A stretch of 64,000 nucleotides of DNA from Anaerolineaceae bacterium (GTDB lineage: Bacteria; Chloroflexota; Anaerolineae; Anaerolineales; Anaerolineaceae): the NCBI GenBank assembly GCA_049302815.1, contig JBAQMM010000252.1, positions 957-64,956 of the forward strand. Direction: 5' to 3'. The notes under the pieces are model-generated. The model saw only the letters and a list, made by a program, of their open reading frames with translations. It had not been told where the DNA came from and did no database searches. Positions 38,783 through 48,414 of the stretch are shown here, one piece after another. Both the position numbers and the translations under genes were made by a program. Each line of letters starts with the position of its first letter. Position 1 is the stretch's first letter.

Positions 38783-40537
38783 ATGAGTATTAGCGAATTT
38801 TCAATTCCATTCCGGTATAAAACCAACCGCTCCACTCCATTCACTTGGATCTGGTCTCATACGCTTCATCATTGGGCAATCTTCGTGGTTGCCATGATTG
38901 GTGCCATTGGCAATGCTGCCCTCGCGTCTGTTCCAGCAGTTCAATTTGGCACCGTTTTTACCAACCTCACCAGTGGCTCGCCCGCCATGCCCACCATCGT
39001 GCGCTCCGCTGTGATCATCGGGTTATCCCAGGTTGCCCGCGGTGTGTTCCAATTCCTGCGCAACTATGGCTTTGAGGTCACCGCTCAGCGAATCGAGAGG
39101 GATGTGCGGGAGGAGTTTTACATCAGTCTGCTTGGCAAGAGTATGACTTTTCATTCCCTGCAATCCATCGGAGACCTGATGGCGCGGGCGACTAATGATA
39201 TTCGGGAGGTCAATTTCCTCTTCAGCCCCGGCATCAATATGGTCTTCGGTTCCATCAATTTTCTTTTCATCCCGCTGATCATTGGACCTCAAATTCATCC
39301 CGCCTTGATTCTGACCCCATTGCTTTTCATCATTGCCTACTTCATTTCGATCGTTCACTACTTGAGAATTCTCAAACCCATCACGGATCGGGTTCGATCC
39401 AGTTTTGGATTGATGAACAGCCGTCTGGCGGAAGCCATTGACGGCATCGAGACTGTCAAAGCCGCCGCCCAGGAAGACTCTGAGATCAAGCTGTTTGAGA
39501 AAAATATCAAATCCTACCGGGATGCCAGTGTTGAACAGGGTGATGTGGAAGCCAAATTCCTTCCGTTGCTCCTGCTTGCCATGGCGATGGGTTTCGGTTT
39601 GCTGCACGCTTTGCTGCTCTTCCAAAAAGGTGAAATTCCTTTGGGAGGGGTCATTTCTTATTTCAGCGCCCTGTCCCTGCTGGGGTTCCCCACCAATACC
39701 TCCATTCACTCGTACTCACAGATTTCTCTGGGTATTGCCGGTGCTCGCAGGTTATTGAGCGTCATGAACCTGGAGAACAACCTGGATCAGAACGATGCCG
39801 GCTACAACCAGCCCATGCACGGAGAGGTCGTCTTCAATAATGTCAACTTTTCCTACAATCAAAAAAAGACTATCCTGGAGCATATCAATTTTCAAGTATC
39901 CCCGGGTCAGACGGTTGCCATTGTGGGTCAAACCGGCTCTGGAAAAACCAGCCTGGTGCGCCTGATCAACCGAACTTATGACCCTGATCAAGGTCAGGTT
40001 TTGATCGATAACCACGATTTGCGGGAATGGAAGTTGGACAGCCTGCGCAGTCAGATTTCCATTATCGAACAGGATATTTTCCTTTTTTCGAAATCCATTC
40101 ACGAGAATATTGCCTTCGGAAAGCCCGATGCGACCCGAACAGAGGTCGAAGAGGCCGCCAAAAAAGCCCAGGCACATGAGTTTATTAGCACCATGCCAGA
40201 TGGCTATGACACGGTGATTGGCGAGCGCGGGGTAACCCTATCCGGCGGTCAGCGCCAAAGGATCGCTCTTGCTCGGGCATTTTTGACCGACCCAAAAATT
40301 CTCATCCTGGATGATTCAACCAGTGCGATCGACAGCAAAACCGAAGATGAAATTCAAAAAGCCATCCAAACCGCCTCGGAAGGACGGACAACTTTCATTA
40401 TTACCCATCGGCTTTCACAAATCCGTTGGGCTGATCAGATCATCGTCATGCGTCAGGGAACGGTGTCAGACATCGGAACTCATGCTGAATTGATGCGCTC
40501 CTCCAGGTCGTATCGCAATATTTTCACGGAAGCTTAG
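38783..40537 (+). CDS. ABC exporter, fused permease/ATPase (heterodimer partner 1)
   Basis: 584 aa with a 6-TM domain, Walker A GQTGSGKTS, signature LSGGQRQR and Walker B ILILDD. Confidence 0.9.
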   Translation: MSISEFSIPFRYKTNRSTPFTWIWSHTLHHWAIFVVAMIGAIGNAALASVPAVQFGTVFTNLTSGSPAMPTIVRSAVIIGLSQVARGVFQFLRNYGFEVTAQRIERDVREEFYISLLGKSMTFHSLQSIGDLMARATNDIREVNFLFSPGINMVFGSINFLFIPLIIGPQIHPALILTPLLFIIAYFISIVHYLRILKPITDRVRSSFGLMNSRLAEAIDGIETVKAAAQEDSEIKLFEKNIKSYRDASVEQGDVEAKFLPLLLLAMAMGFGLLHALLLFQKGEIPLGGVISYFSALSLLGFPTNTSIHSYSQISLGIAGARRLLSVMNLENNLDQNDAGYNQPMHGEVVFNNVNFSYNQKKTILEHINFQVSPGQTVAIVGQTGSGKTSLVRLINRTYDPDQGQVLIDNHDLREWKLDSLRSQISIIEQDIFLFSKSIHENIAFGKPDATRTEVEEAAKKAQAHEFISTMPDGYDTVIGERGVTLSGGQRQRIALARAFLTDPKILILDDSTSAIDSKTEDEIQKAIQTASEGRTTFIITHRLSQIRWADQIIVMRQGTVSDIGTHAELMRSSRSYRNIFTEA

Positions 40538-40544
40538 GAAAATT

Positions 40545-42401
40545 ATGGGATTTGCTTCTGGATTGGCAAGTGAAACCTACGACAGGCAGTACAGCAACAA
40601 AACATTGCTTGGTCGTATTTGGGCTTATGCCAAACCCCACCGTAAGAAAATCATCCTCATTGTGATCGCGGTGATTTTACAAGGGACTTTGGGAGCCCTG
40701 CCGCCTGTGCTTGTCTCCAAAGTCCTGGATGAAGGCATCGCCGGCATACCTGATCAAGCTGCGTTTTTCGCGCTGACAACAGCTGTGATCATCATTGAAG
40801 TCCTGGGATTTGTGCTTTACTACGTCAACCACCGGCTGCTTGCCCGCGTGATTGCTGATATTGACCGGAGCCTCTCCACCGATGCCTTCGCAGCATCTAT
40901 GCACCAGGATATGGCTTTTCACGATGTTTATTCCTCCGGCAGAATTGTCTCCAGGATCACGACCGACACGAGGGATTTTTCCACCCTCATCACCCTCACC
41001 ATGGATGTAGCCAACAGTGCTATGCAATCCCTGGTGACTGCCATCATTCTTCTGACCACCGAATGGCGCCTGGCAATGGGCTTGTTTCTTATCATCCCCG
41101 TCATCATAACCATTGTCTCAGTCTATCGTAATCTTGCCCGCAAGGTCACCCGGCAGGGGATGCGTGCCATGGCGAGCGTAAACGCCACCATCAAAGAGAC
41201 CATCAGTGGAATTGCCGTGGCAAAGAATTTCCGGCAGGAGGAGAGCATATACAAAGACTTCCAGTCCTCAAACGAAACTTCATACAAAATGAATGTTAAA
41301 CGCGGATTGGTGCTTTCGATCGTCTTTCCCACCACAAGAACCCTGGGTGGATTGGCAATTGCCCTACTGGTGTACTACGGGGCGCTTTCCGTGATCCAAG
41401 GCTTGATCACAGCCGGCGCCTGGTATATGTTTGTGCTCAGCACAGACCGCTTCCTGATGCCAATCCTCAGCATCACCTCCTATTGGACGCAGGTTCAAAC
41501 CGGACTTTCTGCCGCAGAGCGCATTTTTGCCTTGATCGATGCTGAACATACAGTGATCCAAACGGGAAGTTACGTGCCCACCCACTTCAAAGGCAAAATA
41601 GATTTCAATCATCTCAATTTTCATTATGGCAATGGCACTGAGGTGCTTAGGGATTTTGACCTGCACATCCAGGAAGGGGAGAACGTCGCCATCGTCGGTC
41701 ATACCGGCGCGGGCAAATCCTCCATCGCCCGCCTGATTGCCAGGTTTTATGAGTTCCAGGGCGGTGAATTGCTGATAGACGATCGGGATATCCGCTCTTA
41801 TGACCTGCAGGGCTTACGGCAGCACATGGGTCTGGTGACACAGGTTCCATTTTTATTTGAAGGCTCCGTCGAAGAGAATATCCGCTTCTCCCAACTTGGT
41901 ATCACCAAGGATGAGATCCTGGCGCTGGCTCACCAGATCGGGGATGGGGAGTGGCTTGAAACGTTTTCGAAAGGGCTCGAAACAGGCGTGGGAGAACGTG
42001 GTTCTCAAATCTCCATGGGTCAGCGTCAATTGGTAGCCCTGATGCGCGTGCTGGCCCAACAACCGTCAGTGTTCATCCTGGATGAAGCCACTGCCAGCAT
42101 TGACCCCTTTACTGAAAAGCAGATTCAAAGTGCGCTTAACCTGATCCTGAAACAGTCCACCAGTGTCTTGATAGCTCATCGCTTATCGACCGTTCAATCC
42201 GCGGACCGGATCATTGTGTTGCGTGAAGGCGTTATCATTGAAGAAGGCAACCACAAGCAGTTATTGCTTCAAGGCGGGCATTATTCCGAGCTCTATAATA
42301 CGTATTTCAGGCATCAAAGTTTGGACTATGTAGAAAAAGTGGGTCAGCAATTTGGTGGGCATCGGCCCAAAACCATCCGAGACGGGCCTTCTCAGATTTG
42401 A
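40545..42401 (+). CDS. ABC exporter, fused permease/ATPase (heterodimer partner 2)
   Basis: 618 aa with Walker A GHTGAGKSS, a degenerate signature ISMGQRQL and Walker B FILDEA. Confidence 0.9.
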   Translation: MGFASGLASETYDRQYSNKTLLGRIWAYAKPHRKKIILIVIAVILQGTLGALPPVLVSKVLDEGIAGIPDQAAFFALTTAVIIIEVLGFVLYYVNHRLLARVIADIDRSLSTDAFAASMHQDMAFHDVYSSGRIVSRITTDTRDFSTLITLTMDVANSAMQSLVTAIILLTTEWRLAMGLFLIIPVIITIVSVYRNLARKVTRQGMRAMASVNATIKETISGIAVAKNFRQEESIYKDFQSSNETSYKMNVKRGLVLSIVFPTTRTLGGLAIALLVYYGALSVIQGLITAGAWYMFVLSTDRFLMPILSITSYWTQVQTGLSAAERIFALIDAEHTVIQTGSYVPTHFKGKIDFNHLNFHYGNGTEVLRDFDLHIQEGENVAIVGHTGAGKSSIARLIARFYEFQGGELLIDDRDIRSYDLQGLRQHMGLVTQVPFLFEGSVEENIRFSQLGITKDEILALAHQIGDGEWLETFSKGLETGVGERGSQISMGQRQLVALMRVLAQQPSVFILDEATASIDPFTEKQIQSALNLILKQSTSVLIAHRLSTVQSADRIIVLREGVIIEEGNHKQLLLQGGHYSELYNTYFRHQSLDYVEKVGQQFGGHRPKTIRDGPSQI

Positions 42402-42581
42402 CTTTTTAGCTTTCGACTTTTACCAACCGGCATGATGATACAATTTTCCACAATTACCCGTTCAATGGATTTTTCGATTTCCGGGAACGAATTGACCATT
42501 GCATTCATCATTCTTGTGTGGGAAGGTAATATAAACCATTACTATACAACAGACCCTATGATCTGTTTAGGAGTGAATTAA

Positions 42582-43640
42582 GTGACAAAAATAGTTGTCG
42601 CACTTAGCGGAGGAGTGGATAGTTCAGTCGCAGCAGCCCTTTTAGTGGAGCAAGGTTTTGATGTTACAGGGGTAACCATGCGCCTGTGGAGCGAACCGGG
42701 ATGTGAGCAGGAAAATCGTTGCTGTACCCCCGAGACCAGACAAATTGCGAAACAGGTGGCAGATAAACTGAATATTCCGTTCAAAGTCCTTGACGCTGAA
42801 GAAGTCTTCCGCAAACAGGTCGTTCAATCATTCCTGGATGGGTATCAACGCGGGGAAACTCCCAATCCCTGCATCTTCTGCAACCGTTATGTCAAGTGGG
42901 GATTCTTGCTCTCTTTTGCGGAGAGTATTGGGGCTCCGTATATTGCAACCGGTCATTATGCCCGGGTGACACGTGCGGAAAATGGTCTTTACGAACTTTG
43001 GAAGGGCGTAGACCCGTCGAAGGATCAGGCCTATATGTTGAGTATGCTCAATCAGGAACTCCTTTCACATTCCATCTTCCCATTGGGAAATTATTACAAA
43101 ACGCAAATCCGGCAACTTGCCAGGGAACTGGATTTGCCTGCTGCGGATCAACCCGAAAGCCAGGACCTTTGTTTTTTAGGAAAAAGTGATTATCGGGTTT
43201 TTCTACGGAAATATGTTCCTCAAGTTGCCCAACCTGGTCTGATTGAAAACCAGGAGGGAATGGTTTTGGGAGAACATCAAGGGCTTGCCTTTTACACGAT
43301 TGGTCAACGAAAAGGGCTGCCATCTTCCACTCGACCACTGTATGTTTTGGAAAAAAAGTTGTCTGACAACGTGTTAATTGTGGGCTTTGAGGAAGAATTA
43401 GGAAAGGAAGTGTTTGAAGCGTACCCAGTCAATTGGATTGCGGGTGAAATCCCATCGGCACCCATGCACTTGGAAGTAAAAATACGTTTTAAGGCACAGC
43501 CCGCACCGGCTTTGGTTACGCCAAAGGAAGACGGAAGCATTCATGTGCAGTTAAGCACTCCACTACGCGATATTTCAGCAGGACAGATGGCAGTGTTGTA
43601 TCGTGGGGAGCAAGTAACAGGTGGAGGGTTGATCCGTTGA
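42582..43640 (+). CDS. mnmA: tRNA 2-thiouridine(34) synthase
   Basis: It has the PP-loop VALSGGVDSSV, NPCIFCN, and DQAYML/KDQSY-type motifs. The start is GTG, preceded by GGAG. Confidence 0.93.
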   Translation: MTKIVVALSGGVDSSVAAALLVEQGFDVTGVTMRLWSEPGCEQENRCCTPETRQIAKQVADKLNIPFKVLDAEEVFRKQVVQSFLDGYQRGETPNPCIFCNRYVKWGFLLSFAESIGAPYIATGHYARVTRAENGLYELWKGVDPSKDQAYMLSMLNQELLSHSIFPLGNYYKTQIRQLARELDLPAADQPESQDLCFLGKSDYRVFLRKYVPQVAQPGLIENQEGMVLGEHQGLAFYTIGQRKGLPSSTRPLYVLEKKLSDNVLIVGFEEELGKEVFEAYPVNWIAGEIPSAPMHLEVKIRFKAQPAPALVTPKEDGSIHVQLSTPLRDISAGQMAVLYRGEQVTGGGLIR

Positions 43641-43794
43641 TCACAATTTCCTTACCCTAATCCTGAGTTTTCGTACAAAACCAAAAGCACATACCAATCT
43701 AACAGAAATTCATAAACACCAGAAGTAAAGCCGTCAAGTTCTGCCGGATTCTTTCTGGTGATATGGAAAAAGCTGAAACACAAATTATCGTTAA

Positions 43795-43992
43795 GCAGGC
43801 TGTCTCACTCTGATCGCAGACGGTAAGGTATGGATGGATAAGCTTTGTACACCCAATCAGGTAGACTGTCTGGCTGTCGGCTTCTTGTTTAGTGAAGGTC
43901 TGATCCAATCAAAAGAGTCGCTGACCAATTTTCATGTGGTGAAAGCGGTGAATATATTGAAATCAGGACGTACAAAGGCTTTCCAAGCCTGA
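43795..43992 (+). pseudogene. Remnant of an FdhD-like (formate dehydrogenase accessory sulfurtransferase) gene, N-terminal fragment only
   Basis: The frame between stops reads ...LIADGKVWMDKLCTPNQVDCLAVGFLFSEGLIQSKESL... This matches the conserved FdhD block (vNG....lmcTP.d...LA.GFL.sEG.I). Only about 65 codons are open, whereas FdhD is about 260-280 aa. Confidence 0.4.
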
Positions 43993-44109
43993 CGACTGGC
44001 GGAAAGCCGCATGGGTCGAACAATCCACTTAGTTATTGGCAGGAAACATAATCTCCTCAAAATCGAAATGATGGCTTAACCAGTTTCGGAAGAATTCTCT
44101 TCAGAATGC

Positions 44110-44137
44110 TTGACTTAAAACCTCATCCGGCTAAAAT
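44110..44137 (+). promoter_or_regulatory. Candidate sigma70-type promoter for the riboswitch-gcv transcript
   Basis: TTGACT (44110-44115), a 16 nt spacer, then TAAAAT (44132-44137). This lies about 15 nt upstream of the riboswitch P1. Confidence 0.5.
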
Positions 44138-44149
44138 AATCTTAAGATT

Positions 44150-44312
44150 ACTTGGTTGGGAAGAGCCCTGCCCTCAGGCACCGAAGGGGCAAACCTGCAA
44201 ACAACAGGTGAAACTCTCAGGTAAACAGACCCAATCAATGGCTCCTCTGAAGTTGCCAAAATCAAGACGTGAATGACAGAGGCACATGTATCCATGTGCT
44301 TCTTTTAATTTT
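44150..44312 (+). promoter_or_regulatory. Glycine riboswitch (single aptamer) with terminator expression platform
   Basis: The aptamer at 44154-44234 is closed by UUGGG/CCCAA and contains GGGAAGAG, CACCGAAGGGGCAA and CUCUCAGGUAAACAGAC. The terminator is GCACATG-tatc-CATGTGC (44282-44299) plus TTCTTTTAATTTT. It is directly upstream of gcvH. Confidence 0.85.
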
Positions 44313-44333
44313 CAAAAATACAAGGAGTGAAAA

Positions 44334-44720
44334 ATGATTTTCCCAAAAGATTTGAAGTACACAAAAACTGATGAGTGGGTAAAAGTTGAAGGTGGAATCG
44401 CCACCATTGGAATTTCCGATTATGCCCAATCCTCCCTCTCGGACGTGGTCTACCTCGAATATGCCATGGAACCTGGTGATGTTGTCAAAGCTGGAGACAA
44501 CCTGGGAACGGTCGAATCGGTCAAAGCCGCATCTGACGTGAGCATCCCGGTCAGTGGTACGGTGACTGAAATCAACGAAGCACTCCCTGACACTCCAGAA
44601 GTGCTGAACAAGGACCCCTACCAGGCTGGTTGGTTGATCAAACTCAAGCTGAACGACCCTGATGAGCTTCAGACGCTGATGGATTCGGAAGCCTATGAAG
44701 CTTACTGCCAGGAACGTTAA
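44334..44720 (+). CDS. gcvH: Glycine cleavage system H protein
   Basis: 128 aa with the lipoyl-lysine motif VESVKAASD. Confidence 0.95.
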   Translation: MIFPKDLKYTKTDEWVKVEGGIATIGISDYAQSSLSDVVYLEYAMEPGDVVKAGDNLGTVESVKAASDVSIPVSGTVTEINEALPDTPEVLNKDPYQAGWLIKLKLNDPDELQTLMDSEAYEAYCQER

Positions 44721-44724
44721 GCCT

Positions 44725-46080
44725 ATGTATACACCTCACACGCCAAGAGATGTGGGGGTAATGCTCAAATCCATCGGAATCGAGAAGGTCGAGGATCTGT
44801 TTACGGAAATCCCCGAAAAATATCGCTTTCCCGATTTGAAGCTACCCCCGGCACTGACAGAACCCGAAGTCCGCGGCGAACTCGAATCCATCGCCACTGC
44901 CAATGGCAACACCAAGGACATGCTTTGCTTTCTCGGAGCAGGGGCTTACGACCACTATACTCCAGCGGCTGTGGATATGCTCCTGCAGCGGGGTGAGTTT
45001 TATACCGCCTACACGCCCTACCAGCCGGAAATATCCCAGGGGACGCTGCAGGCAATCTTTGAGTACCAGAGCCTGATCTGCAATCTTACCGGGATGGATG
45101 TCTGCAACGCCTCCCATTACGACGGCGCAACCGCTGCCGCGGAGGCAGTCATCTTGGCTTACCACCACTTCAAAGGCAAACGCAATAAAGTGCTGCTCTC
45201 CCGTGCTGTCAATCCCCAATACCGACAGGTAATCCGTACCTATATGCGCGGAGATGCCGACCTGCAAATCGTCGGCGACGACCCTGAAACCGGCCTCGAT
45301 GCCGATATGGCGAACCTGATCGCCCAGATAGACGCGGATACAGCCCTGGTACTCGTGCAATACCCGGATTTCTTTGGTCGCGTCATCGATTACACACCGC
45401 TGATCGAAACCGCTCATGCGCAAGGCGCGTTGGTCGCTGTTGCGGTCAACCCAACCGCGCTCGGGGTTCTGACCCCACCCGGCGAGATCGGTGCCGATAT
45501 TGTCCTGGGTGAAGGGCAGCCCCTGGGTATCCCGCTTTCTTTCGGCGGTCCTTACCTGGGTATTTTCGCGGTAAAAAATTCTCTTCTGCGCAAAATTTCC
45601 GGGCGTTTGGTCGGCCGGACGGTGGACGTCAACGAACAACTCGCCTACGTGCTCACCCTCACCGCTCGTGAACAACATATCCGCCGGGAAAAAGCCACTT
45701 CCAATATCTGCAGCAACCAAGGCCTGATGGCGCTTGCTTCCACCATTTATATGAGCCTGCTTGGTAAGCGCGGTTTTGAAGCCGTCTCCAACTTGTGTTA
45801 TCAAAAAGCTCATTATGCTGCCACGCAGGTTTCCAGCATCCAAGGTTACCAACAGGTCTTTCCCGAAATACCCTTCTTCCATGAATTTGTCATCCATTGC
45901 CCTGAGCCAGCCGAGCACTTGCTTGAAGATCTGCGTGCCTATGACATCTTGGGCGGTTACGACTTGAGTAAGGATTACCCGGAATTGGAAGGCTGCCTGT
46001 TGATGGCAGTGACCGAGAAGATCAATAAAGACGATATTGATTTGCTGCATGACGCTCTCATCGAGGTGACCCATGACTGA
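44725..46080 (+). CDS. gcvPA: Glycine dehydrogenase (decarboxylating) subunit 1
   Basis: MYTPHTPRD... is the typical GcvPA N-terminus, followed by YTPYQPEISQG. ATG 44725 is 5 nt after the gcvH stop. The tracked start at 44695 overlaps gcvH and is unlikely. Confidence 0.93.
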   Translation: MYTPHTPRDVGVMLKSIGIEKVEDLFTEIPEKYRFPDLKLPPALTEPEVRGELESIATANGNTKDMLCFLGAGAYDHYTPAAVDMLLQRGEFYTAYTPYQPEISQGTLQAIFEYQSLICNLTGMDVCNASHYDGATAAAEAVILAYHHFKGKRNKVLLSRAVNPQYRQVIRTYMRGDADLQIVGDDPETGLDADMANLIAQIDADTALVLVQYPDFFGRVIDYTPLIETAHAQGALVAVAVNPTALGVLTPPGEIGADIVLGEGQPLGIPLSFGGPYLGIFAVKNSLLRKISGRLVGRTVDVNEQLAYVLTLTAREQHIRREKATSNICSNQGLMALASTIYMSLLGKRGFEAVSNLCYQKAHYAATQVSSIQGYQQVFPEIPFFHEFVIHCPEPAEHLLEDLRAYDILGGYDLSKDYPELEGCLLMAVTEKINKDDIDLLHDALIEVTHD

Positions 46081-47542
46081 ACCTAACGTTTACGAATTAT
46101 CTTCGTCTGGTCGTTTGGGTTTCCAATTCCCCGAATCGGACGTGCCCGTGACGGAAGTGCCCGCAGCCTTCCGCCGAAAAGACCTGCCATTGCCGGAAAT
46201 GTCTGAAGTGGACGTCGTGCGCCATTTTACCCGCCTATCCCAAAAAAACTATGCGATTGACCTTGGTTTTTATCCGCTCGGTTCCTGCACCATGAAGTAC
46301 AACCCCAAGATCAATGAGGTCACTGCGCGCCTGCCCGGATTCGTTTTCACCCACCCGCTTCAACCCGCTGATACCGTGCAGGGCAACCTTTACCTAATGT
46401 ACACCCTACAGGAATGGCTGAAAGAGATCAGTGGTTTTGCTGGCGTTACGCTTCAGCCGGCAGCCGGAGCCCAGGGGGAGCTTACTGGAGCCTTGATCAT
46501 CCAAAAATACCATCAGGATCGCGGCGACCTTAATCGCAAGCGCATCCTGATCCCTGATTCCGCCCATGGCACCAACCCAGCCACTTCGGCGATGAGCGGT
46601 TTTGAAGTGGTATCCCTGCCCTCCGACAGCCGTGGAAACGTTGACCTGGAAGCACTCAAGAGTCTTTGTGACGAAACCCTGGCTGGCTTGATGTTCACCA
46701 ACCCCAACACCCTGGGCCTTTTTGATGAGCACGTGGTGGATGTGATCAACCTGGTCCATCAAGCCGGCGGGCTGGTCTATGGAGATGGTGCCAACTTGAA
46801 TGCCCTCTTGGGCATCGTCAGACCTGGCGATCTGGGCTTCGACATCATGCACTTCAACCTGCACAAGACCTTCGCCACCCCCCACGGTGGCGGCGGACCC
46901 GGCTCAGGGCCAGTAGCGGTCAGCCAGAACCTGGTGGATTACCTGCCGGATCCGGTGATTGAAATCGTTGAACCGGGTGAGGGTGACACCCCGCCTCTTT
47001 ATGGCTATGCGCAACCCACGAAAACCATCGGCAGGATGAAGTCCTTCCATGGGCATTTCGGCGTGCTGGTGCGGGCTTACACTTATATTGCCATGCTCGG
47101 CAAGGATGGGCTGCGCAACGTCTCCGAAATGGCAGTTCTAAACGCCAACTATCTGCTGCACAAACTTAAGGGCACCTATACCCTGCCCTATGATCGCTCA
47201 TGCATGCACGAATTTGTGCTGGAGGGAATGTGGAAGGACCTGCCGGATATTCGCGCCCTGGATATTGCCAAGCGCCTGATGGATTACGATTTCCATCCAC
47301 CCACAAATTACTTCCCGTTGATCGTGCATGAGGCTTTGATGATCGAACCGACCGAAACCGAATCGCTTGAGACGTTAGACACCTTTGCGGACGCCATGCT
47401 CAAAATTGCTGATGAGGCTCGCACCAATCCCGAACTCCTGCATGAAGCTCCCCACCATACGCCTGTGCGCCGCTGCGACGAACTCAAAGCCGCCCGCGAC
47501 CTGGTTCTGCGTTGTGATCCGGTAAAACCACAGGAAAACTAA
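46073..47542 (+). CDS. gcvPB: Glycine dehydrogenase (decarboxylating) subunit 2
   Basis: It has the NLHKTF PLP-lysine motif and GSCTMKYNP. It overlaps gcvPA by 8 nt. Confidence 0.95.
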   Translation: MTEPNVYELSSSGRLGFQFPESDVPVTEVPAAFRRKDLPLPEMSEVDVVRHFTRLSQKNYAIDLGFYPLGSCTMKYNPKINEVTARLPGFVFTHPLQPADTVQGNLYLMYTLQEWLKEISGFAGVTLQPAAGAQGELTGALIIQKYHQDRGDLNRKRILIPDSAHGTNPATSAMSGFEVVSLPSDSRGNVDLEALKSLCDETLAGLMFTNPNTLGLFDEHVVDVINLVHQAGGLVYGDGANLNALLGIVRPGDLGFDIMHFNLHKTFATPHGGGGPGSGPVAVSQNLVDYLPDPVIEIVEPGEGDTPPLYGYAQPTKTIGRMKSFHGHFGVLVRAYTYIAMLGKDGLRNVSEMAVLNANYLLHKLKGTYTLPYDRSCMHEFVLEGMWKDLPDIRALDIAKRLMDYDFHPPTNYFPLIVHEALMIEPTETESLETLDTFADAMLKIADEARTNPELLHEAPHHTPVRRCDELKAARDLVLRCDPVKPQEN

Positions 47543-47554
47543 ACAAGTTATAGC

Positions 47555-47590
47555 AAAAGCCAGAGGGACTATCTTCCGGCTTTTTGGTTT
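47555..47590. terminator. Probable bidirectional terminator between convergent gcvPB and xth
   Basis: AAAAGCCAGAGGG...CTTCCGGCTTTTT forms a hairpin with one mismatch. A T-run follows on the plus strand, and an A-run (a T-run on the minus strand) precedes it. Confidence 0.55.
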
Positions 47591-47598
47591 AAGCATGA

Positions 47599-48360
47599 TC
47601 AATTGATGATAAGAGTCACCGGGCAGTGATCCGAACCCATGACCTCATCATGGAGGACCACGTCCTGAGCTTTTGGCACCAGCGCCTCGCTGATTAGGAA
47701 ATAATCCAAACGCCAGCCGATGTTCTTGGCGCGCGCATTCATGCGGTAGGTCCACCAGGTGTAGCCGGCTCTGGTCGGGTAAAGATGCCGGTAAATATCG
47801 ACAAAACCATGCTCCAGGAACTTATCAATCCATACGCGTTCTTCTGGAAGAAAACCGGTGTTTTTTTCATTGTCCTTGGGTCTGGCAAGATCAATCTCAT
47901 TGTGGGCGGTATTGAAATCACCAGTGATGATGACCTGCTCCCTTCTGGCATGGTGCTGGTCACAAATGTCCAGCAGGTGGGCATAAAAATCCAACTTAAA
48001 GGGGACCCGAAGGTTTTCCTCCCCGCCGTTCGGAAAGTAAATGTTGTATAAGTAGAAGTCAGGGTACTTCAATCGAATCACGCGACCTTCGCTGTCGAAT
48101 TCTGGAAAACCCAACCCGGTGGAGATGCTCTCAGGTGCAACGCGGCAGAAGACAGCCGTCCCGCTGTATCCCATCCTTTCAGCTGGATTCCACACGGAGG
48201 AAAAACCCTTTATTTCCCGCAGTTCCTCAGCCAACTGTTCCGGTTTGACCTTGATTTCCTGCAGACACAGGATATCCGGTTGATGCTCCTCCAGCCATTC
48301 GAAACCATTCTTGTTCAATACAGCCCGGTATCCATTGACATTCCAAGTTGTGATCTTCAT
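47599..48360 (-). CDS. xth: Exodeoxyribonuclease III
   Basis: MKITTWNVNG... is the canonical N-terminus, with CLQE, GDFN and SDHCPV. ATG 48360 is preferred over the 27-codon upstream extension. Confidence 0.92.
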   Translation of the reverse strand: MKITTWNVNGYRAVLNKNGFEWLEEHQPDILCLQEIKVKPEQLAEELREIKGFSSVWNPAERMGYSGTAVFCRVAPESISTGLGFPEFDSEGRVIRLKYPDFYLYNIYFPNGGEENLRVPFKLDFYAHLLDICDQHHARREQVIITGDFNTAHNEIDLARPKDNEKNTGFLPEERVWIDKFLEHGFVDIYRHLYPTRAGYTWWTYRMNARAKNIGWRLDYFLISEALVPKAQDVVLHDEVMGSDHCPVTLIIN

Positions 48361-48414
48361 CTGTACCAACCTTTTATGACCTTTCAAGCCTATGGTAAAC
48401 TTATCGGTTGAAAT

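Noticed and set aside
43699-43908. 69-codon minus-strand ORF in the mnmA-gcvH gap.
   Set aside because: It has no Shine-Dalgarno or motif. The opposite strand carries the FdhD-like remnant, which better explains the open frames.
44040-44150. Search for a second (tandem) glycine aptamer upstream of the recognised one.
   Set aside because: No CACCGAAGG/GGAGAG/CUCAGG-type blocks are present there. The region instead holds a promoter-like TTGACT-16-TAAAAT.
44842-46074. A 410-codon ORF antisense to gcvPA. Similar long antisense ORFs occur at 32721-33479 opposite pyk, 39023-39709 opposite the ABC exporter, 1990-2643 opposite glpX and 28064-28606 opposite pgpH.
   Set aside because: Each lies entirely inside a gene with unmistakable family motifs on the other strand. 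Their translations are low-complexity and Gly/Arg/Val-rich with no motifs, which is typical of shadow ORFs from codon bias.
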